From a virus (Duplodnaviria; Caudoviricetes), in IMG/VR virus record IMGVR_UViG_3300047476_000383, positions 1 through 26,768 of that record: 26,768 bases of DNA. The stretch is one strand, 5' to 3'. This document shows, in pieces, positions 1-9,119 of this stretch; within the stretch, counting starts at the first letter, position 1; every line of letters begins with the position of its first letter. Made by a program: the position numbers and the translations under genes. The notes under the pieces are model-generated. The model did not search any database. It was not told the DNA's origin and worked only from the letters and a program-made list of their open reading frames with translations.

Positions 1-291
1 GGCTGGAATGGCGTGGAGTACACGTTTAAACCTAACTCTACGGTAGAAGTGCCTGAGATAGTCGCAAAACACGTTTTTGGTTACGGAGATAATGATAAAG
101 AACCGTATTTGGCAAGGCTTGGGTGGATTAAGTCCAAAAATGACATTGAAGAAGGATTAAAGACCCTTTCTAAATGGGAATTAAGCACCGAAGCTCCAAA
201 AAAAGACCGTTCGTTATCCCCGATGGTGGAAAAAGTACCCCTACCTGTCGCGAGACGGGCTGGGGGAAAAGTCCTTTCAGCAGTTAGATAA
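1..291 (+). CDS. Hypothetical virion-operon protein, probably 5'-truncated by the window edge
   Basis: Frame is open from base 1 (GWNGVEY...), upstream of the GTG at 13; stops 12 nt before the next gene. Confidence 0.65.
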   Translation, partial: GWNGVEYTFKPNSTVEVPEIVAKHVFGYGDNDKEPYLARLGWIKSKNDIEEGLKTLSKWELSTEAPKKDRSLSPMVEKVPLPVARRAGGKVLSAVR

Positions 292-303
292 AATGAGAGT
301 TAC

Positions 304-1149
304 ATGGCAACACTATCTGGATATATCACAGAAGTCCGTAGGCTTTTGCATGATGCTAACGGGAACTTTTATAGCGATTCTGAGCTAACAGACTATATTA
401 ACGAGGGCCGTCAGCACACAGTCCAAGATACTGGCTGCTTGCGTAAGCTTCAAGTAACACAAACTCCAACCACGCCTGTTGCTGGTGGAGCAAATCCAAC
501 TCCTTTTGCAGCAAATACCTATTACAATCAAAATCAATATGTTTTCAGCAATGTTTACATTTACAAGGTAACGACTGCTGGCACAAGTGATGATTCTGGT
601 ATCCCATATCCAACTACTGGTTTAGCATACCCTCCAACTACTGAGTTTTTTGTCGGTGGCGTTGGCTTAACTTATGCTGGCCCTGTTGAGATTATCAACT
701 ATGCTGCTTTGCCAGATAGTTTGTACACTTTAGATATTTTGAATATCAACATTTACTGGGGGAATAGCCGTATTCCATTACGCTATATGCCTTGGTCACA
801 ATTTAATGCTGATGTGCGTTTTTGGCAAAACTACATTGGCCGCCCTGTCGTGTTCTCTGTTTATGGACAAGGCCAAATTTATATCGCTCCAGTGCCAGAC
901 CAAGTTTATCCAATGGAGCTCGACACAGTGGTTCAACCAACTCCATTAGTCACTTCTCTTGAAGTCGATGAGATTAAAGAGCCATACTCTTCTTGCGTCA
1001 AATTCTACGCTGCTTACATTGCTAAATACAAAGAGCAAAGCTACGGTGAAGCTGAGATTTTTAAACAGGAATATATCAAAGCTGTCCAACAAGTGTTGTC
1101 AACGACATTCACTCGAAGACTTCCTAGTGCTTACGGCAATGGGTATTAA
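304..1149 (+). CDS. Head-to-tail adaptor / tail tubular protein A-like
   Basis: N-terminus 'TL..YITEVRRLL...YSDSELTDYINEG', 'IYIAPVPD' and C-terminal 'YAAYIAKYK' resemble podovirus adaptor proteins; lies before the nozzle gene. Confidence 0.7.
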   Translation: MATLSGYITEVRRLLHDANGNFYSDSELTDYINEGRQHTVQDTGCLRKLQVTQTPTTPVAGGANPTPFAANTYYNQNQYVFSNVYIYKVTTAGTSDDSGIPYPTTGLAYPPTTEFFVGGVGLTYAGPVEIINYAALPDSLYTLDILNINIYWGNSRIPLRYMPWSQFNADVRFWQNYIGRPVVFSVYGQGQIYIAPVPDQVYPMELDTVVQPTPLVTSLEVDEIKEPYSSCVKFYAAYIAKYKEQSYGEAEIFKQEYIKAVQQVLSTTFTRRLPSAYGNGY

Positions 1150-1151
1150 AC

Positions 1152-3119
1152 ATGGCCGCGATAGAGCAAAAAAAGTCCTATCAAGTAATTAAGCAGTTTC
1201 AAGGCGTTAATACAAAAGCCAACCGTACTGCCATTAATGAAAATGAGTTTGCTTGGCTAGAAAATCTAATGCCAATCGGCTACGGCAACCTTAAATCTAT
1301 TAAAGCTCCAAGAAATACTGGCGTTACCTTTGCGGATGATGCTTTTGCAATTTTTGCAGTCAATATTAATAACAACGACTATTTAATTGCTTTTCAGGCT
1401 GATGGTAGCTGTGAGTATGTAGATGTGGTTACTGAGACTAAAGGCACAATTGCTGCGCCTGGATTCTTTTCTACAAGCGGCATTAATGTTAGCCAATGGA
1501 AAAACACGCAAGCTTTAATTCTTGATGAAGTTAAAGGCTACTTTACATGGGATGGCACTAGCTTAGTGTCTGTAGGCTCTGTAGGCGCGATTTTTATCAC
1601 TGCTGGAGGCTCTGGGTACACTTCAGCGCCAACTATCACTATAAGCGCTCCAAATGATGCTAATGGCGTTCAGGCTACTGCAACGTGCTCAATCACTGCA
1701 AACGTAGTCACAAGCATTTCTTTGACGGAAGCTGGCTCTGGCTATACAGTCGCTCCGACTATTTCATTTTCTGGTGGAGGTGGCTCTGGTGCTACAGCGA
1801 TTGCAGGTATTGTGGACTTCCGTACGGGTACGGTTTCGGCCTTGGTTACAAATGGCGGCACTGGTTATACTAACGCCGCTAATACTGTTGTCACTATTAG
1901 TGGTGGGGGCGGCACAAATGCTGCTGCGACTGCTGTTCTCTCTGGTGGGCAAATTACTGGGGTAGTGATTACTAATCCTGGCAGTGGATATACAAACGTA
2001 GCCAATTTAACCATTACGATTACTGGCGGTGGCGGTTCAAACGCTGCTGTTAAAGGCATTGTGAATGACCAGCCTAATACTGGGATTGCATCATTCTCAG
2101 GCCGTGTATGGATTGCAAATGGACGTAACATTTCTTACAGCGCAGCTGGCTCAGCTACCGACTTTGTAACAGTTTCAGCTGGCACAATTGTTTTAACTGA
2201 TAGCACATTGCGTGGAAACATTGTTCAGATTCTATCTGCAAACAACTTCCTGTATATTTTTGGTGAAGATAGCATCAACGTATTCTCAGACGTTCGCGTA
2301 ACAAACACTGGCACAACGCTGTTTACTAATACCAATATCTCGGCTTCTGTCGGTTCTAAGCTAGATTATGCGATTTTCCCTTATTTCCGTTCAGTTTTAT
2401 TTATGAATGACTTTGGGGTGTATGCGCTTGTTGGTTCTACCACCAGCAAATTATCAGACCCATTAGATGGAGTATTTGAAAATATTGATTTTGATACTAC
2501 TGCTATTACTGCTGGCCAGGTTTTAATCAATAATATTCTTTGCGCCGCGTTTAATTTTAGATATGACGATAATGGTACTTATCGCTATATCCAAGCCATT
2601 TTCTTTGAGAAAAAATGGTTCTTCACCAGCCAAGGGAACGATATTAAAACAATTGTATCAATCCCTGTGGATGGAAAAATTAAGCTTTATGGTTCTAATG
2701 GCACAAACCTTGTGCAGTTTTACGACAATCCAAACGCAAGCATTAACACAATGGTTCAAACAGCGCTTATGCCGATGGGAGACCCTATCCGCACAAAACA
2801 AGCGCTTAAATTTGCTATTGAAGCTACTTTAAGTGACGGAGGTTCAGTTTTAGATGTCACAGTAGATTCAGAAACCAATCAAAGTCCAATTTATACTTTG
2901 AGTAATACTATTTCTTGGATTAATATTGCTGGAACGACTATTGCTTGGAGTAATAACTCTGGAATAACAATTGGTTGGGCTGGTGGTTTAGGTTATACTT
3001 TGTACAAAACAGATGCTCAACAATGGGGTAAATACTTGGGCTTAACAGTAACATCAACAAGTACAAATTATGTTATTAACGGATTTGAATTTGAACATGA
3101 ATTGAGAGTGAGGTTCTAA
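1152..3119 (+). CDS. Tail nozzle / tubular protein B / DNA stabilisation protein-like, with internal Gly-rich GSGYT repeat insertion
   Basis: 655 aa, beta-rich; 'FQGVNT...NEFAWLENLMP' start resembles P22 gp10/T7 gp12-like proteins; synteny after the adaptor. Confidence 0.7.
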   Translation: MAAIEQKKSYQVIKQFQGVNTKANRTAINENEFAWLENLMPIGYGNLKSIKAPRNTGVTFADDAFAIFAVNINNNDYLIAFQADGSCEYVDVVTETKGTIAAPGFFSTSGINVSQWKNTQALILDEVKGYFTWDGTSLVSVGSVGAIFITAGGSGYTSAPTITISAPNDANGVQATATCSITANVVTSISLTEAGSGYTVAPTISFSGGGGSGATAIAGIVDFRTGTVSALVTNGGTGYTNAANTVVTISGGGGTNAAATAVLSGGQITGVVITNPGSGYTNVANLTITITGGGGSNAAVKGIVNDQPNTGIASFSGRVWIANGRNISYSAAGSATDFVTVSAGTIVLTDSTLRGNIVQILSANNFLYIFGEDSINVFSDVRVTNTGTTLFTNTNISASVGSKLDYAIFPYFRSVLFMNDFGVYALVGSTTSKLSDPLDGVFENIDFDTTAITAGQVLINNILCAAFNFRYDDNGTYRYIQAIFFEKKWFFTSQGNDIKTIVSIPVDGKIKLYGSNGTNLVQFYDNPNASINTMVQTALMPMGDPIRTKQALKFAIEATLSDGGSVLDVTVDSETNQSPIYTLSNTISWINIAGTTIAWSNNSGITIGWAGGLGYTLYKTDAQQWGKYLGLTVTSTSTNYVINGFEFEHELRVRF

Positions 3120-3120
3120 C

Positions 3121-3591
3121 ATGGCTGTTCCATATACCTTTGCATCGGCAACATCGACTATTCCGCTGTCACAGCTGGACGCTAACTTTGCTACTGGGAT
3201 TACACTAGGGAACACCACTGTTTATCTCGGTAACACCACAACTTCTCTAGGTAACTTAACGCTAGTCAACATGACAGCAACTAATTACACAGAGACTTTA
3301 TACACTGCGACTGGCAATACAACTGTAGCCTTAACTAACGGCACAGTACAAAAGATTACAACAAGCGGTGCAACAACAATTACGCTTCCATCAAGCGTAT
3401 CAGGCAAGAGCTTCACTATTTTAGTGTCATACGCTGCTGCTGATACATTGACATGGGCTGGTGGCTCTACATTGAAATGGGCTGCTGGTACAACGCCAAC
3501 GCCAACAAGTGCTACTGGTAAAATTGATATTTTCAATTTCTACCAAGACGGAACTAATACTTATGGCGCTATTTTTGGGCAGAATTTCTAA
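3121..3591 (+). CDS. Tail fibre/appendage protein
   Basis: Thr/Gly-rich; 'LSQLDANF' N-terminal motif; C-terminal 'WAGG..PTPTSATGKIDIFNFY.DGTN.YG' common in phage fibre-associated proteins. Confidence 0.6.
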   Translation: MAVPYTFASATSTIPLSQLDANFATGITLGNTTVYLGNTTTSLGNLTLVNMTATNYTETLYTATGNTTVALTNGTVQKITTSGATTITLPSSVSGKSFTILVSYAAADTLTWAGGSTLKWAAGTTPTPTSATGKIDIFNFYQDGTNTYGAIFGQNF

Positions 3592-6020
3592 TGTTTAGCG
3601 CATCTAAAACTGGAGCTGGAGCAAGCGGTTATCCAATCTCTAATTCTTTGCGCTTTCAAAGTGCAAGTAGTCAGTATTTAGCAAGAACTCCTGCAAGTGC
3701 TGGCAATAGACAAAAGTTTACATTTAGCTTTTGGGCAAAGCGCGGAACTTTATCTGCTGGTCAAGAAATGTATTTTGTTAATTCTGGCGGTGGCAACTTC
3801 TCACAAATATCTTGGACTGCTAGCAATGGCATTACAATAACATCTGTTGATGCTAGTGTCGCTTCATGTGAATTAATTACGACACCAGTTTATCGTGACC
3901 CTTCTGCTTGGTATCATTTAGTTATTTCTGTTGATACAACACAAGCAACAGCATCAAATCGTGTAAAGATTTATGTTAATGGTTCACAAGTAACGGCATT
4001 ATCAACTGCAACTTATCCGTCATTAAATTATAACTTTCAGTTAAACAATACAACTGCACAAAACATTGGCAGACCTTCTACTGGAACTTTTGATGGGTAT
4101 TTAGCTGAATATAACTTTATTGACAACCAAGCCCTTACTCCATCATCATTTGGTCAAACAGACGCTACTACTGGACAATGGATAGCTAAGTCTTATTCTG
4201 GCTCATACGGCACTAACGGCTTTTTCTTGAAGTTTACTAACGGCACAAGCACAACAACGCTAGGTGCTGATTCAAGTGGTAACGGTAACAACTGGACACT
4301 AAACAACTTTACTCGCAGTGCTGGTGTAAGTGATTGCTGGATGGTTGATGTGCCTAGCGGTAACGGTGGTGTAGCAAATACACAGCCAGCATCTAACTAT
4401 TGCGTATTTAATCCAACTACTGCCAATACCACAAATTTAATTAATGCTAATTTGACTAGAAATGGTGCAGTTAGAACCAACGTAGGAAGCATACTTCTTA
4501 CAAGTGGTAAATATTACTTTGAAACAACCATCCAAGATGCAAACGGCAATGGTGGCGTTGGTGTAAAGCAAGCTACTGCTTATCCATTAGAAGGATATAA
4601 CACAGCAGCAGGAGCAACTTATTTTGCTAATGGCGAATATAAGATTGAAGGAGCAGCTCAAACTGCTGGTTTTTCTAGTTACACCAATGGCGATGTAATT
4701 GGTATTGCTGTTGACACAACAGTTTCACCAGCTAAGATATGGTTTGCTAAAAACAATACTTGGCAAGGTACAGGTAATCCAACTACTGCTGGATATAGCC
4801 TTACAGCAGGACTAGATTATTACTTTGCAGTATTGCATGGTAGCGGTGCAAGTTCCACTACTGCATCAGCTAACTTCGGTCAACGCTCATTCGCTTACAC
4901 TCCACCTACAGGGTTTAAAGCACTATGCACAGCTAACCTTCCTGCTGCTACGATTAAGCAGGGAAACCAGTATATGGATGCAACGCTATATACTGGTACA
5001 GGTGCAACACAAACAATTACTAATGCTGGTGGATTTAGCCCTGATTTAGTATGGCTTAAAAAGCGTGGCGGTGGTGTTTCAGCACAATGGCATATGCTTG
5101 CTGATACTGTTCGTGGTACAGGCGCAACATTATCATCTAATGTCGTTGATGCAGAATACACAGGAAAGACTAGCGTTACTGCATTTAATTCTAATGGTTT
5201 TACTCTTGGTGCTGATTCTACTGGTGCTTCATATTATGGATGGAATATTGCTTCTGATACTTATGTAGGCTGGCAATGGGATGCTGGCTCATCTACTGTA
5301 ACCAACACTAACGGTACTATCTCATCACAGGTAAGGGCTAATCCTACTGCTGGTGTGAGTGTGGTGACTTATACAGGTAATGGCGTATCTAGCGCAACTG
5401 TTGGTCATGGGCTTGGCGTAGCACCAAAGATGGTTATTCATAAATGCAGAAGCGCAACTGGGGCATGGAAAGTAAACCATGTTGGTATTCCAAATCAATG
5501 GATAGATTTAAATTTAACTGATGCTGCTTCTAGTGGTGGTGGTACTAACGGTTCTTTGGGGTATCAAAGCACAAATACATCTGCTACGTTTCAATTTACA
5601 GCAGGTTCATCTACTGTTAATAACGTCAATGCTAATGGCTCCACCTACGTTGCCTACTGCTTCTCTGAAATTGCTGGATTTTCTAAATTTAGTTCATATA
5701 CAGGTAATGGCAGTTCTGATGGTATTTTTGTGTATACAGGATTTAGACCTAAGTTTGTGATGACTAAAAGAACAGATAGCGCAACAAATGCAAACTGGGC
5801 AATTCACGATACAACACGCAGCACTTATAATATAGCAGGTAAAGCATTATTTCCAAATAATGCAAATGTAGAAGACAACAATGAACCTGGAGCTCAATTT
5901 GATATATTGAGTAATGGCTTTAAGTTGCGTTCATCATCAGATGTATATAATGGGAATGGCGCTACTTATATCTACGCCTGTTTTGCTGAAAACCCTTTTG
6001 CACAAGCTAACGCACGATAA
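3591..6020 (+). CDS. Receptor-binding/tail fibre protein with ConA/LamG-like and SPRY-like domains
   Basis: 'SLRF...FTFSFWAKRG', 'RDPSAWYHLV', 'SGKYYFE', 'GDVIGIAVD', 'ANFGQ', repeated 'YTGNG', 'GF.PDLVW.K.R', ends 'FAENPF...NAR'. Confidence 0.75.
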   Translation: MFSASKTGAGASGYPISNSLRFQSASSQYLARTPASAGNRQKFTFSFWAKRGTLSAGQEMYFVNSGGGNFSQISWTASNGITITSVDASVASCELITTPVYRDPSAWYHLVISVDTTQATASNRVKIYVNGSQVTALSTATYPSLNYNFQLNNTTAQNIGRPSTGTFDGYLAEYNFIDNQALTPSSFGQTDATTGQWIAKSYSGSYGTNGFFLKFTNGTSTTTLGADSSGNGNNWTLNNFTRSAGVSDCWMVDVPSGNGGVANTQPASNYCVFNPTTANTTNLINANLTRNGAVRTNVGSILLTSGKYYFETTIQDANGNGGVGVKQATAYPLEGYNTAAGATYFANGEYKIEGAAQTAGFSSYTNGDVIGIAVDTTVSPAKIWFAKNNTWQGTGNPTTAGYSLTAGLDYYFAVLHGSGASSTTASANFGQRSFAYTPPTGFKALCTANLPAATIKQGNQYMDATLYTGTGATQTITNAGGFSPDLVWLKKRGGGVSAQWHMLADTVRGTGATLSSNVVDAEYTGKTSVTAFNSNGFTLGADSTGASYYGWNIASDTYVGWQWDAGSSTVTNTNGTISSQVRANPTAGVSVVTYTGNGVSSATVGHGLGVAPKMVIHKCRSATGAWKVNHVGIPNQWIDLNLTDAASSGGGTNGSLGYQSTNTSATFQFTAGSSTVNNVNANGSTYVAYCFSEIAGFSKFSSYTGNGSSDGIFVYTGFRPKFVMTKRTDSATNANWAIHDTTRSTYNIAGKALFPNNANVEDNNEPGAQFDILSNGFKLRSSSDVYNGNGATYIYACFAENPFAQANAR

Positions 6021-6029
6021 GGAAAAATT

Positions 6030-6563
6030 ATGTTTTATTGCACATTAGACGGACAATATATCAATGAAGGACAACAATTCACTATTCGTGGCGTTGAATA
6101 TCCTTCTAATTGGTTAAACTTATCTACTCCTGAACAGAAAGCAGCGCTTGGGCTTGAGGAAGTAGTGGCAACTAATCAGCCATTTAATCCACAATACTAC
6201 TGGACTGGTGAAGTTTTAGATAAAGCTACACTTACTTACACTGGCACACCAAAAGATTTAACAAGTGTTAAAACATGGGCTATAAGCCAAGTAAATAGCA
6301 CTGCCTATAGCATCCTATTCCCAACAGACTGGATGGTCGTTAAAGCGTTTGAAACTAGCACTCCTGTGCCTACTGCATGGAATAGCTGGAGGGCTTCTGT
6401 CCGTACAACAGCAACAAGCTCTGTATCAGCAATTGAAGCTGCTACTGATAACAATGGCGTTGAGTTAGTGATGAACACAATTAACTGGCCTAAAGACCCA
6501 GACACGGTAGCTGCTGAATTAGAAGCTGCTGCGGCTGCAACTCCAGTGGAAGGAGCAAAATAA
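6030..6563 (+). CDS. Tail fibre assembly/chaperone-like protein
   Basis: 'YPSNWL..STPEQKAALG' and 'L.PTDW.V......W..WR..VR...WP.DP' motifs; directly follows the fibre gene. Confidence 0.6.
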   Translation: MFYCTLDGQYINEGQQFTIRGVEYPSNWLNLSTPEQKAALGLEEVVATNQPFNPQYYWTGEVLDKATLTYTGTPKDLTSVKTWAISQVNSTAYSILFPTDWMVVKAFETSTPVPTAWNSWRASVRTTATSSVSAIEAATDNNGVELVMNTINWPKDPDTVAAELEAAAAATPVEGAK

Positions 6564-6892
6564 TGGGTATCAATGCCTTTACTAAACTTGGCAACACTGT
6601 GACGTTTTTGGCTGCTTCTACAGCTCCAGCAGCAGTGCAATGCCCATCAACTACACTTGGCGGCAATCAGTACCGTATTATTAATACTGGAACTGTAACT
6701 GTATTTTTAGGCTATGGCTCAACTTCTAGTGATGCAACTAACAACGCTGTGCTAGTTACTAGCTCACAAAATAGTTTGCCAATTTTGCCAAATACAGATG
6801 AAATTTTATCGTTTGTACCTAATGCCTACTTTACTGGCGTTACTTCAAGCGGAACTGCAAATATCTACATCACCCCTGGAGATGGTTTGTAG
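6563..6892 (+). CDS. Small beta-rich virion protein (paralog of 17717..18067)
   Basis: TAATG coupling, AAGGAG RBS, ends YITPGDGL. Confidence 0.7.
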   Translation: MGINAFTKLGNTVTFLAASTAPAAVQCPSTTLGGNQYRIINTGTVTVFLGYGSTSSDATNNAVLVTSSQNSLPILPNTDEILSFVPNAYFTGVTSSGTANIYITPGDGL

Positions 6893-6912
6893 ACCGTCAT
6901 GTGAGTTAAATG

Positions 6913-6921
6913 TGATATAAT
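6913..6921 (+). promoter_or_regulatory. Extended -10 sigma70 promoter of the HNH gene
   Basis: TGaTATAAT matches the TGnTATAAT consensus exactly; lies in the gap upstream of AGGAGG-ATG(6947). Confidence 0.6.
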
Positions 6922-6946
6922 GCAACCTCTTTTAATAGGAGGTTAT

Positions 6947-7405
6947 ATGAAAAAATGTAACATTTGTAGTATAGAAAAACCTTTGACAGAATTTTATAAA
7001 GGTTATGCTAAGTGCAAGTCATGTCGTTATATGCAAACTGTTTTATACAGAAAAACAGATGCAGGAATTGCGGCTAGAAAAAAAGAAGCTGTAAACGCTA
7101 GAGCGTCTGGAAAGAAAAAAATACGACAAGAGCGTTATAAGCTAACTGAAAAAGGAAAGCTTTGTAGAAAAAAATACGATGAAAGTAGATTTTCTACAGA
7201 AAAAGGAAAAGCTAGGTTAGCTGCTAAAAATGCAGTTAGATACGCAATTAAAGCTGGAAAATTAATAAAAGAACCGTGTTGGATTTGTGGAGATTTAAAT
7301 ACTGTAGCGCATCATCCATCTTATGCCGAAGACATGAGATTAGTTGTAAGTTGGTTATGCGTAAATCATCACAATGAAATACATAACATTCCGAATGAGG
7401 TATAA
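6947..7405 (+). CDS. Free-standing HNH homing endonuclease with N-terminal zinc finger
   Basis: CxxC...CxxC at N-terminus; C-terminal 'PCWICG...AHHPSY...V.WLC..HH.E.H'; Lys-rich; AGGAGG RBS favours ATG 6947 over 6920; interrupts the structural operon. Confidence 0.8.
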   Translation: MKKCNICSIEKPLTEFYKGYAKCKSCRYMQTVLYRKTDAGIAARKKEAVNARASGKKKIRQERYKLTEKGKLCRKKYDESRFSTEKGKARLAAKNAVRYAIKAGKLIKEPCWICGDLNTVAHHPSYAEDMRLVVSWLCVNHHNEIHNIPNEV

Positions 7406-7408
7406 ATT

Positions 7409-8242
7409 ATGTTAAAAGTAGCGGGTGGTGTTGGGGGCTCAACTGGTCAGCTCTCATATCAAGGTACATGGAACGCAAGCACTAACACCCCTACATTAGC
7501 ATCTGGGGTTGGCGTACAAAATCATTACTATGTTGTTTCTGTTGCAGGAACGACAAATCTTGACGGAGTTTCAGACTGGCAAGTAAACGACTGGGCTTTG
7601 TTTAACGGCTCTGTATGGCAAAAGATTGACCAGTCTGACCTTGTAGTATCAGTCAATGGACAAACAGGCGTTGTAGTGCTTGGCGTAGCTAATATTGCTG
7701 GTGCTGTGCCTAACACTGTCAATGTATTAACAAGCGGATTATTAAGTGGTGGTGGCGCTTTAACTGGTAACGTCACAATTGACCTTACTTCTGTTCCTGT
7801 AGCTAATGTTCCTGGCGCTGTGCCAAATACTATTAACGTCTTAGCTGGTGGTTTGCTCAGCGGCGGTGGTGCGCTAACAAGCAACGTCACAATCTCTTTG
7901 ACTTCCGTTCCTGTCGCTAACGTACCTGGAGCTGTTCCAAACACAGTAAACGTACTTGCTGGCGGTTTATTATCTGGTGGCGGTGCACTGACTGGTAACG
8001 TAACAATCAGCCTGGCAAATGTTCCTTCTGCTAACGTCACTGGCCTTGGCTCAATGGCCACTCAAAACTCCAATAACGTAACAATTACTGGAGGCAACGT
8101 ATCAATCAATCTAGTTAATGCCGTAACGACTACTTCAAGCACAGCGTCTATGCCGACTGCTAGTTTGCCGCTCGTTCCAGCTGGATATTTAAGACTTAAC
8201 TTAAACGGTACTGTTGTTAAAGTGCCTTACTATGCGGAGTAG
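7409..8242 (+). CDS. Fibre-like virion protein with tandem 38-aa repeats
   Basis: 'YQGTWNASTNTPTL...YYVVSVAG...W..NDW..FNG..WQKID', 'VVSVNGQTGVV', repeats, C-terminal 'GYLRLNLNG..VKVPYY'. Confidence 0.7.
   Translation: MLKVAGGVGGSTGQLSYQGTWNASTNTPTLASGVGVQNHYYVVSVAGTTNLDGVSDWQVNDWALFNGSVWQKIDQSDLVVSVNGQTGVVVLGVANIAGAVPNTVNVLTSGLLSGGGALTGNVTIDLTSVPVANVPGAVPNTINVLAGGLLSGGGALTSNVTISLTSVPVANVPGAVPNTVNVLAGGLLSGGGALTGNVTISLANVPSANVTGLGSMATQNSNNVTITGGNVSINLVNAVTTTSSTASMPTASLPLVPAGYLRLNLNGTVVKVPYYAE
7685..8026 (+). repeat. Three tandem 114-nt (38-aa) coding repeats
   Basis: Units start at 7685, 7799 and 7913: VAN(I/V)xGAVPNTxNVLxxGLLSGGGALTxNVTIxLxxVP; many synonymous differences between units. Confidence 0.9.
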
Positions 8243-8244
8243 CA

Positions 8245-8478
8245 ATGGAGAACCAGCAATTGTTTAACATGATTATCACCGCGTCTGGTGCGCTTGGTGG
8301 ATGGATGTTGAAAGTGATTTGGGATGCTATTAGCGACTTAAAAAAAGATGTGAAGGATTTGAACCAAGAAATTCACACAGACTTTTTACGCAAAGATGAT
8401 TACCGAGATGACATCAACGAGATAAAAGGTATGCTCGGAAAGATATTTGATAAGTTAGAAAAGAAGGCTGATAAATAA
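8245..8478 (+). CDS. Small membrane-anchored coiled-coil protein
   Basis: Hydrophobic N-terminus followed by a charged heptad-like helix; TAATG coupling to the next gene. Confidence 0.65.
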   Translation: MENQQLFNMIITASGALGGWMLKVIWDAISDLKKDVKDLNQEIHTDFLRKDDYRDDINEIKGMLGKIFDKLEKKADK

Positions 8479-8819
8479 TGGACATGGCCACGCTTAGCAT
8501 TGTTAAGTTTGGCGATGTAGATTCTCTAGGGGAGTTTCTCTTTGAGAACGGGTTGCAGCATAACTTATTTCAGCAAGTATTTATGGATAACGGCATTACA
8601 GTGCCGTCTTTTCCATTGATTGACGCTAACGTAAATAATTTAGATGATTGGTTATTGGCGCATCAAGTAGAGCATCAGGCATTTGCAGCATTATTAGAGC
8701 TTAACAATCCCTTCAATTTGTTAGATACTGACTGGAATGTTGAAGAAGATTTTTATGATTGGGTAGCGTCACACTTGTATATCCATCAACAAATCGCTGC
8801 GGCATTAGCTCTAACATAA
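8478..8819 (+). CDS. Hypothetical acidic helical protein with duplicated DWxxxHxxxHQ motif
   Basis: DDWLLAHQVEHQ and YDWVASHLYIHQ; coupled within the operon. Confidence 0.7.
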   Translation: MDMATLSIVKFGDVDSLGEFLFENGLQHNLFQQVFMDNGITVPSFPLIDANVNNLDDWLLAHQVEHQAFAALLELNNPFNLLDTDWNVEEDFYDWVASHLYIHQQIAAALALT

Positions 8820-8837
8820 CTATTTTTGGGGATAAAA

Positions 8838-9119
8838 ATGGACAAATTGGAATTATTCCACGCGATTGCGCGTGTAGCGAAACCAGCTTATCTGTCGTAC
8901 ACACCGATAGAAAGCCTTGATACTAAGTTTGTTGACAACGGATTAGACAGTTTAGATGTACTTTTAATCTGTGTTTACTATAGTGAGCTATATGGAATTG
9001 AAGAAGAAGTCGCTAAGACAATGCTGCCGACAACGCCGCAAGAAATTTATGATTTCATTGAAGCTCATAAAACTAAAGAACCTAGCAGCCTTGAGGATGC
9101 TTTGGAGCAGATAAAATGA
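8838..9119 (+). CDS. Acyl carrier protein (ACP)-like
   Basis: 93 aa, acidic; 'DTKFVDNGLDSLDVLLI...ELYGIE...TT.QEIYDFI' matches the ACP pattern, with the phosphopantetheine Ser at 8949-8951; GGGGA RBS favours ATG 8838. Confidence 0.8.
   Translation: MDKLELFHAIARVAKPAYLSYTPIESLDTKFVDNGLDSLDVLLICVYYSELYGIEEEVAKTMLPTTPQEIYDFIEAHKTKEPSSLEDALEQIK

Noticed and set aside
6893-7408. Group I intron around the HNH gene
   Set aside because: Flanking genes look complete and the non-coding flanks (54 and 3 nt) are too short for an intron core
3591-8242. Diversity-generating retroelement or invertible tail-fibre cassette
   Set aside because: No reverse transcriptase, invertase or template/variable repeat pair seen
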